Positions 57,628 through 64,000 of a DNA stretch of 64,000 nucleotides are shown here, one piece after another (within the stretch, counting starts at the first letter, position 1; each line of letters starts with the position of its first letter). The position numbers were made by a program, and so were the translations under genes. Origin of the DNA: an uncultured candidatus Brocadiaceae bacterium (GTDB lineage Bacteria > Planctomycetota > Brocadiia > SM23-32); the NCBI GenBank assembly GCA_964592385.1, contig CAZQEQ010000003.1:13759-77758 (forward strand). Direction: 5' to 3'. The notes beneath the pieces are model-generated. The model had not been told where the DNA came from and made no database searches. It saw nothing but the letters and a program-made list of their open reading frames with translations.

Positions 57628-58165
57628 TATGCATTTTAGTAAAAAGCGGGCGCAGTTTCTCCCCCGAACGGCTGCCGGGCGACGGCTCAGGTCCTGGCGG
57701 CCGCGCGGAGGACCTGGCCGAAATAAACGCGGTGCAGGTTGCCTGGATCGGTCAGTAGGGGACAGATCGGACACATCAGCGCCGGCAAACGAGTATAATG
57801 GCGGCGCGGCCGAGGTCTGCTCCGACCTCCCTCGTGCGATAGCGGGAGGAGGAGGTTTACAGGATGGGCATTATTGTATATGCCTGCTGACCGAATGACC
57901 GTTTTGTCACCCCCCAGAAAGGGTTCCTGACAAAACAAAACCCCTGCGGATGGCATCCGGGGGGGCTGTGGCCGCGAGAGGCTCTTTGACAGATTGTCCG
58001 GGCGGACAGGTCTGTCGGCGGAGCGGACGGCACTGCGAGTCAGTGCCCGGCTGTCGCAGACAACCGAACGGCCCTGGGAATGGGGCTGGCGTGTTGCGGG
58101 CTCCGGCCCCGATTGCCTATAATCCGGGCTCTGCCACTCTCACACGAGGAACCGGGAGGAAGACG

Positions 58166-59176
58166 ATGAACGTACTGGTGACCGGCGGGGCCGGTTACGT
58201 AGGCAGCCACGCGCTGATCGAGCTGCTCGGAGCGGGTCACACGCCCGTGGTGTTCGACAACCTGTCCGAGGGGCACGAGCAGGCCGTCGGCGGGTGCAGG
58301 CTCGTCCGGGGGGACCTGGCGGACGAGGAGCAGATCGCGGCGGCCCTCGAAGAGGCCGGCGCCGAGGCCGTGATGCACTTCGCCGCGAGCGCCTACGTCG
58401 GCGAGTCGGTGACGAACCCGGAGAAGTACTACTTCAACAACGTCGTCAGCTCGCTGCGGCTGCTGCGCGCGATGCGGCGGAAGGGGGTCGAGAAGCTGGT
58501 CTTCTCCAGCTCGTGCACTCTCTACGGCGTGCCCGCGAGCGTGCCGATAACCGAGGAGCTTCCCGTGCAGCCGATCAATCCGTACGGCCGCACGAAGGCG
58601 GCGGTGGAGGGCATCCTGGCGGATTACGCGGGGGCGTACGGCCTGCGGTACGCCTCGCTGCGCTACTTCAACGCGGCCGGCGCGGCCCCCGACGGCAGCA
58701 TCGGAGAGGACCACGACCCCGAGACGCACCTGATCCCGCTGGTGATCCACGCCGCGCAGGGCAAGCGAGACCACATCGCCGTCTTCGGCACGGATTACCC
58801 GACGCCGGACGGCACGTGCGTGCGGGACTACGTGCACGTGCTCGACCTGGCCACGGCGCACGTGGCGGCGTTGGAGGCGCTGGACGAGCGGCCCGTGATG
58901 ATCTACAACCTGAGCACAGGCGAAGGGCACTCGGTGCACGAGGTGATAGACGTGGTCAGGGATGTGTCCGGGCGGGAGTTCGAGGTGCGCGAGGCGCCCC
59001 GGCGGCCGGGCGACCCGCCCGAGCTGGTGGGGTCGCACGGCAAGGTCCGGCGGGAGCTGGGCTGGGAACCGCGCTATCCCTCGCTTCGGGAGATCGTCGA
59101 GACCGCCTGGGCGTGGCACAGCGCCCATCCGGAGGGCTTCGCGGGCACGGCGGCGCCCGGCCCTGCGACAGGATAA
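58166..59176 (+). CDS. galE: UDP-glucose 4-epimerase
   Basis: MNVLVTGGAGYVGSH Rossmann motif and a YxxxK (YGRTK) catalytic motif. GGGAGGAAG RBS. Putative promoter TTGCGG-18-TATAAT at 58094..58123. Confidence 0.9.
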   Translation: MNVLVTGGAGYVGSHALIELLGAGHTPVVFDNLSEGHEQAVGGCRLVRGDLADEEQIAAALEEAGAEAVMHFAASAYVGESVTNPEKYYFNNVVSSLRLLRAMRRKGVEKLVFSSSCTLYGVPASVPITEELPVQPINPYGRTKAAVEGILADYAGAYGLRYASLRYFNAAGAAPDGSIGEDHDPETHLIPLVIHAAQGKRDHIAVFGTDYPTPDGTCVRDYVHVLDLATAHVAALEALDERPVMIYNLSTGEGHSVHEVIDVVRDVSGREFEVREAPRRPGDPPELVGSHGKVRRELGWEPRYPSLREIVETAWAWHSAHPEGFAGTAAPGPATG

Positions 59177-59199
59177 AGCCCAGAGATCGAGGTCCCCAC

Positions 59200-60531
59200 G
59201 TGTTTCCTGGACCGATCAGCGAGGGCATGCTCCGCGAACTGCAGGACTACGTCCGGGTAGATCCCTACCCCTTCGTCATCGACCTGGACAGGTCCAGCGG
59301 CATGTACCTGGCCACCGTGGACGGCGAGATGGTCTTCGACTGGGGCGGCTACTACGGCTCCAAGCTCCTGGGCCACAATCACCCCGGCCTCGAAGACGCA
59401 GCCTACCTGAAGCGGCTGGCCCGGGCGGCAAACAACAAGGTGGCGAACCCGGACTGCCTGACCAGGGAGTGCCTGGACTATTACCGCCTGCTTCACGCGC
59501 GAGCGCCCAGGTGCATGAAGCGCCCGGAGTTGGAGGTTTACGTCGTGAACTCCGGGGCCGAGGCGGTGGAGAACATGATGAAGTACCTCCTGGTCCTGCA
59601 CGGCGAGAAGGCCGTGGCCCACGGGGACACACCGGCGGCCAGGAGGTTCCTGTACTTCGACCGCGCATTCCACGGGCGGACGGTGTTCGCCCTGAACATC
59701 ACGCGGATCACCCACGACCCGATGGTGACGAAGGGCTTCCAGGGGATCGTGCCCGGCAACTTGCAGGTGAAGTTCCCGAGCGTGGACACCTCGCAGCCGG
59801 ACCGGCGGAACGACGCCCGCACGGATTACTGCCTGGAGATCGTGGAGGACTGCCTGCGGCAATACCAGGGGGAGATCGTGGCCATTGTGGTCGAGCCCAT
59901 CCAGGGGGCGGGCGGCCATCGGGTGGCCCAGCCGCGCTTCTTCCAGGAGCTGAGCCGGCTGGCCCACCGCTACGAAACCTTCCTGGCGTTCGACGAGGTC
60001 CAGACGGCGGGGGGCCAGACGGGCGCACTGTTCACGTGCGACCAGTTGGACCTCCCCCACCCGCCGCAGGCGGTGGCGGTGGCGAAGAAGTTCGGCAACG
60101 GCGCGGTGTTCATGCTCGAGACCCTGGGCAACCGCGGCGTCCTGGACAGCACGTGGGGCGGATGCCTGGCCGACATGGTGCGCGTCTGCCGGGAGTTCGA
60201 GATCGTGGACCAGGAGGGCCTGATCGCTCAGGTGCCGGGCAAGACTGACCTGCTCATCGAGGGCCTCCAGGGACTGGCGCGCAAGCACCACGACACGATC
60301 TTCAACGTGCGGGGCATGGGCCTGTACCAGGGATTCTCCCTGCGCAATCCAGCCCACAAGAAACGGCTCATGGAAATCGCCCTGGAGACGGAGCTGATGT
60401 TGCTGTTGGGGGCGGGGGCCCAGTCGATCCGACTGCGGCCCGTGTTGGACGCGTCAAAGGAAGACATATCGCTGATGCTGGACAAGCTGGACCGGTGCCT
60501 GTCCCGGTTGGAGGGCCCGGGGAACGCCTGA
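59200..60531 (+). CDS. Class-III (omega) aminotransferase, PLP-dependent
   Basis: GTG start after GAGGT. The track ORF started far upstream inside galE. AT-III fold pattern with DEVQTAGG (a PLP-lysine region variant). 443 aa. Confidence 0.75.
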   Translation: MFPGPISEGMLRELQDYVRVDPYPFVIDLDRSSGMYLATVDGEMVFDWGGYYGSKLLGHNHPGLEDAAYLKRLARAANNKVANPDCLTRECLDYYRLLHARAPRCMKRPELEVYVVNSGAEAVENMMKYLLVLHGEKAVAHGDTPAARRFLYFDRAFHGRTVFALNITRITHDPMVTKGFQGIVPGNLQVKFPSVDTSQPDRRNDARTDYCLEIVEDCLRQYQGEIVAIVVEPIQGAGGHRVAQPRFFQELSRLAHRYETFLAFDEVQTAGGQTGALFTCDQLDLPHPPQAVAVAKKFGNGAVFMLETLGNRGVLDSTWGGCLADMVRVCREFEIVDQEGLIAQVPGKTDLLIEGLQGLARKHHDTIFNVRGMGLYQGFSLRNPAHKKRLMEIALETELMLLLGAGAQSIRLRPVLDASKEDISLMLDKLDRCLSRLEGPGNA

Positions 60532-60635
60532 CATCTCCGAACGGACCGGGCCAGATCACGTGACGGGATCAGACCACGCCGATTACGGCCGGGGGTGCCG
60601 CCCGAGCCTGGGGGATTCGGGGCACGTCGCCCGCC

Positions 60636-61352
60636 TCAGTAGTCCGCCTGGAGATCCCTGACCTTCTCGTCGGGGCCGATGACGACCAGCAGGTCGCCCT
60701 CCTGGATCACGTCTGCGGCGTGGGGCAGGTCGTTAATGTGGTATTCGCCCTTGCCCTCACCTTCCGGGCCGGCGGCGGGCTCGCGCGACTTTATGGCCAC
60801 GATGTTCAGGCCGTAGCGGTTGCGGAAGTCCAGCTCGCCCAGCGTCTTGCCGACGAACTCGGGCTTGGCCTTGAGTTCGGCCAGGACGTGGTCGGCCGTG
60901 ATGGGCGCGATGACCTGGATGCCGGGCATGATGATCTCCTGGGCCACCTGCTGCGCCATCTCCTTTTCCAGGCTGATGACGCGCTGCACGCCCATGGCTT
61001 CGAGGATCTGCGCCTGGTTCTGGTCGATGGCGCGCACCCAGATATCCTTCACGCCGACGCGCTGGAGCACGGCCGTCACGAGGAGCCCGGCCTCGATGTT
61101 CCTGCCAATGCTGACGACGGCCAGGTCTATGTCGGCCAGGCTGAGCTTCCGCATGGCGAACTCACTGGTGGCGTCCAGGCAGATGGCCCGGGAGACGCGG
61201 GGATCGACCTCTTCGACCAGGTCTTTGTCCGCGTCCACGGCCAGCACGTCCGCCCCCAGTGCGGCCAGGCGGACGGCAAGTCCGAGCCCGAACCGGCCGA
61301 GTCCGAAAACGGCAACGCGCAACTGGGCCTTCCTCTGTCGTTCCGTGTTCAT
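60636..61352 (-). CDS. trkA: TrkA/KtrA-family potassium transporter regulatory subunit (RCK_N + RCK_C)
   Basis: VAVFGLGRFG Rossmann motif and a C-terminal TrkA-C domain. Confidence 0.8.
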   Translation of the reverse strand: MNTERQRKAQLRVAVFGLGRFGLGLAVRLAALGADVLAVDADKDLVEEVDPRVSRAICLDATSEFAMRKLSLADIDLAVVSIGRNIEAGLLVTAVLQRVGVKDIWVRAIDQNQAQILEAMGVQRVISLEKEMAQQVAQEIIMPGIQVIAPITADHVLAELKAKPEFVGKTLGELDFRNRYGLNIVAIKSREPAAGPEGEGKGEYHINDLPHAADVIQEGDLLVVIGPDEKVRDLQADY

Positions 61353-61364
61353 CGGTGGCTCTCT

Positions 61365-62168
61365 CTACTTCTTGCGGAGGCTTTCCAGATAACGCCCGTG
61401 GACGCCCTTCTGAGAGCGCCGCAGGGATTCGATCAGGTAAAGGGTCTCGGGACAAGCATCGGCGTTGGCGGCGATCTCTTCGAAGATCAGGGCGCGGTTG
61501 AGCTTCTTGGTGCGGTAGATCGCCTTGTAGACGCTCCTCAACTCGTCTATGGTCGGGCGCTCATACCCGGCGCGCGCCAGGCCGATCTCGTTGACGCCCC
61601 TGACGCGGGACGGGTTTCCCTCGACGATCATAAAGGGGGGGACGTCCTGCACGATGCGCGTCAGCCCGCCGATGTAAGCCTGCGTGCCGACCGTGACGAA
61701 CTGGTGACAGGCGGCAGCGCCCATCAGCTTCGCCCCGCTCTCGATGTGGCAGTGGCCGCCGAGCAGGACAGCGTTGACCATCAGGACGTCGTCCTCCAGG
61801 TGGCAGTCGTGTCCCACGTGGCTGCAGATCATCAGGTAGTTGCGGCTGCCTACGCGCGTCACGCCGTGGCCCGTTACGGTCCCGATGTTAACGGTCACGA
61901 ACTCCCGGAACACGTTGTCGTCCCCGACCTCCAGCCGCGTGTCCTGCCCGTGGTAAGTCATGTCCTGCGGCGGGGTGCCCAGCATGACGTAGGGCGCCAG
62001 GATATTGTTGGCGCCCATCGTCACGTGCCCTTCGACGTGGCAGCCGTGACCAATGATGCAGTCATCGCCAATGACGACATTCGGCCCGACATAAGCGTGC
62101 GGGCCGATCTCGACGTTCTTGCCGACTTCCGCTCCCTCTTCCACAACGGCGGTGGGATGTACCTTCAC
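61365..62168 (-). CDS. lpxA: Acyl-ACP-UDP-N-acetylglucosamine O-acyltransferase
   Basis: GTG start. Hexapeptide-repeat left-handed beta-helix plus a C-terminal helical domain. MKVHPTAVVEEGAEVG N-terminus typical of LpxA. Confidence 0.9.
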   Translation of the reverse strand: MKVHPTAVVEEGAEVGKNVEIGPHAYVGPNVVIGDDCIIGHGCHVEGHVTMGANNILAPYVMLGTPPQDMTYHGQDTRLEVGDDNVFREFVTVNIGTVTGHGVTRVGSRNYLMICSHVGHDCHLEDDVLMVNAVLLGGHCHIESGAKLMGAAACHQFVTVGTQAYIGGLTRIVQDVPPFMIVEGNPSRVRGVNEIGLARAGYERPTIDELRSVYKAIYRTKKLNRALIFEEIAANADACPETLYLIESLRRSQKGVHGRYLESLRKK

Positions 62169-62206
62169 CAGGTCTTGTGCTCCGTTACTTGTATCGAGCT
62201 ACGGCT

Positions 62207-63520
62207 TCAGAGAGCGTCGGCATCCACCAGCATGAAGCTCATCTCCGCCTCGCAGGCGATCTCGCCGTTCACGGACCCTCTGGCCCTGACCAGGGCGGTC
62301 CGAGAGCGCACCCGCAGGGCCTCGACTTCCAGGATGAGTTGGTCTCCCGGCGTGACGGGCCGGCGGAGCTTGACGTCGTCCAGACTGACCAACATGCAGA
62401 CCTTGCCCGTGTGTTCGAGCTTGCGCAACAGCAGCAGACCGGCCGTCTGGGAGAGCGCCTCCAGCTGCAACACGCCCGGCAGTATCGGGTAGTCCGGGTA
62501 GTGGCCCTGGAAGTAGGGCTCGTTGACGGAGACGTTCTTGACGGCCACGATCCTGTTCTCGCCCTCGATGCGCAGCACCCGGTCGACCATCAGGAACGGG
62601 TAACGATGGGGCAGGATGCGGCGCACCTCCAGCACGTCCAGGTACTCCTCGCGGCCCGCCTCTTCCCGCAGGAGACGGTCCAATCGCCGCGCGAGCGCGA
62701 TATTCAGCTTGTGCCCGCTGCGCACCGCGAACACCCGGGCCCTTATGTCGGCGTTGACAAACGCCAGGTCGCCCAGCAGGTCCACCACTTTGTGCCGCAC
62801 GGCCTCGTTGGGAAAGAGCAGTTCCGCCGGTTGCCCGCTGTGCGGCCGCACCACCGACCCGTCCTTGCGCAGGACGAACGCGTTGTCGTCGGTCACGCCG
62901 CCCCCGATCGAGAGCCGCTTGAACTCCTCGTAGTCATCCCCCAGGCCGAACGTGCGAGCCGGCGCCAGTTCAGCCATGAAGCTGTCGGGATCGAGCGATA
63001 TGGTGAAGGCCTCGGTCGGCCAGTAGCCCTCGTCGAAATCGAGCACGTAGCTGACCGTCAGACCCTCCTCCTGGGGCATGGCCACGATCGTCGCGTGCCC
63101 TTCGGGCACGGAGACCGTGTCCTCCAGTTCGAGCAGCGGACGCTCGGCAGACTGGTCCACAATGCCGGCCTCCTGGAGGGCCCGGCCGTATTCCAGCGGG
63201 CAACCTCCCAGGGCGGGCACTTCGTCGCCGTCCACCTCGATCATCAGGTTATCCACGCCCAGGCCCACGCACGCGCTCAGCAGGTGCTCCACCGCCTTGA
63301 TCTCGACGTGGTTCCACGTCAGCGACGTGCAGCGATAGCTGTCGCTGAGCGCCTCGATATTGGCGGGAATGACGGGATTGTCGGGCAGGTCGGCCCGCAC
63401 GAACAGGAGCCCGGTGAACGCCTCTGCGGGCAAGAGGCGCACCTGCACGTCGCGGCCCGAAAAAAGCGCCGTGCCGGACAGTTCGACCGCCTTGCCGATG
63501 CTTCTCTGCGCTCGCCCCAT
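62207..63520 (-). CDS. lpxC: Bifunctional UDP-3-O-acyl-GlcNAc deacetylase / 3-hydroxyacyl-ACP dehydratase (LpxC-FabZ fusion)
   Basis: N-terminal LpxC (…GTALFSG…HxxxD zinc motifs) and a C-terminal FabZ hot-dog domain (HYPDYPILPGVLQLEALSQ). Confidence 0.9.
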   Translation of the reverse strand: MGRAQRSIGKAVELSGTALFSGRDVQVRLLPAEAFTGLLFVRADLPDNPVIPANIEALSDSYRCTSLTWNHVEIKAVEHLLSACVGLGVDNLMIEVDGDEVPALGGCPLEYGRALQEAGIVDQSAERPLLELEDTVSVPEGHATIVAMPQEEGLTVSYVLDFDEGYWPTEAFTISLDPDSFMAELAPARTFGLGDDYEEFKRLSIGGGVTDDNAFVLRKDGSVVRPHSGQPAELLFPNEAVRHKVVDLLGDLAFVNADIRARVFAVRSGHKLNIALARRLDRLLREEAGREEYLDVLEVRRILPHRYPFLMVDRVLRIEGENRIVAVKNVSVNEPYFQGHYPDYPILPGVLQLEALSQTAGLLLLRKLEHTGKVCMLVSLDDVKLRRPVTPGDQLILEVEALRVRSRTALVRARGSVNGEIACEAEMSFMLVDADAL

Positions 63521-63521
63521 G

Positions 63522-64000
63522 CTACTTCACTTCGATCGGGCCGGGGTAGTCGGCGTTGACAAGCTCGATGATGGCATCGCTGATGTCCAGCGCGCTCGTC
63601 GCATAGAGGACCTCCGTGGTGGCCAGCATCAGGTTCTGGTCAAGCCCCGTCACGTCGGCCGAATCCGCGCTCTCCCTCTTGAGGACAAGGTCAACGTGGT
63701 TCTCCTCGGCATAGGCCTTCACAGCGGCGCGGATCTTGACCAGCACGTCGCGAACAGCGTCATTGCTTTGCCGCGCGAGCTGCACCTCGAACTCGCGGTT
63801 AGTCTGCTCGAGCTCCGCCAACGCCTCGGCGAACTCCTGCTCCTTCTGGAGCCGCTCGTCGGTGTCGGGAGGAAGGTTCTCGCACTGGTTGCGCAGCGCC
63901 TGGACCTGCTGGCCCAGCTTGTTGACCGTGCGCCTCATGTTCTCCACCAGACTCAGGCGCTCCTGGGCCGAGTCCCGCCACTGCGCGCTGGCGCCGAGTA
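63522..64000 (-). CDS. skp: Skp/OmpH-family periplasmic chaperone (partial; 5' end beyond the window)
   Basis: Coiled-coil-rich OmpH-like sequence. The reading frame stays open upstream of the listed start to the window edge with no stop codon. Conserved lipid-A cluster order skp-lpxC/fabZ-lpxA. Confidence 0.65.
   Translation of the reverse strand, partial: LGASAQWRDSAQERLSLVENMRRTVNKLGQQVQALRNQCENLPPDTDERLQKEQEFAEALAELEQTNREFEVQLARQSNDAVRDVLVKIRAAVKAYAEENHVDLVLKRESADSADVTGLDQNLMLATTEVLYATSALDISDAIIELVNADYPGPIEVK

Noticed and set aside
1-64000. CRISPR arrays, transposases, toxin-antitoxin pairs or recognisable defence systems
   Set aside because: No short regularly spaced direct repeats, IS-like inverted repeats, or defence-associated domains (Cas, restriction, Abi, nucleotide-cyclase) were seen anywhere in the window.

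Overview
High-GC (~68%) chromosomal window from an apparently anaerobic, diderm (LPS-making) bacterium; phylum not assignable from sequence. Gene density is high, no mobile elements or CRISPR arrays were seen, and most long ORFs on the opposite strand of real genes are GC-driven antisense artefacts. Content in window order, with all gene calls made by eye from motifs and synteny: an esterase and a TrpB2-type PLP enzyme; an indolepyruvate:ferredoxin oxidoreductase operon (iorA-iorB-paaK-ACT-paaK) for aromatic 2-oxoacid fermentation; a Na+/solute symporter with a small subunit; an alginate-export-type outer-membrane porin; purD and a stand-alone AICAR-transformylase (purH C-domain); glyS; a FabZ-like dehydratase; galU; a fused NfnA-NfnB oxidoreductase; a secreted GH-A-clan glycosidase; a methyl-H4folate:corrinoid methyltransferase-like gene; the classic ffs(SRP RNA)-dnaX-ybaB-recR block followed by rpoN; a TatC carrying a C-terminal FecR-like domain; a UDP-xylose biosynthesis pair (ugd, uxs) beside a large cytoplasmic glycosidase; xerC; cobO; a URO-D/MtaA-family protein; a GAF-PP2C phosphatase; smc; an nrdR-nrdD-nrdH-nrdG anaerobic RNR operon with a sigma70 promoter overlapped by NrdR-box-like palindromes; cysE; galE; a class-III aminotransferase; trkA; lpxA; fused lpxC-fabZ; and a partial skp. 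The main candidate for an undescribed system is a four-gene minus-strand operon at 53.8-57.6 kb: a DUF2089-type HTH protein, two paralogous sensor-like membrane proteins with a shared cytoplasmic tail motif, and a secreted protein with two tandem STN-like domains.
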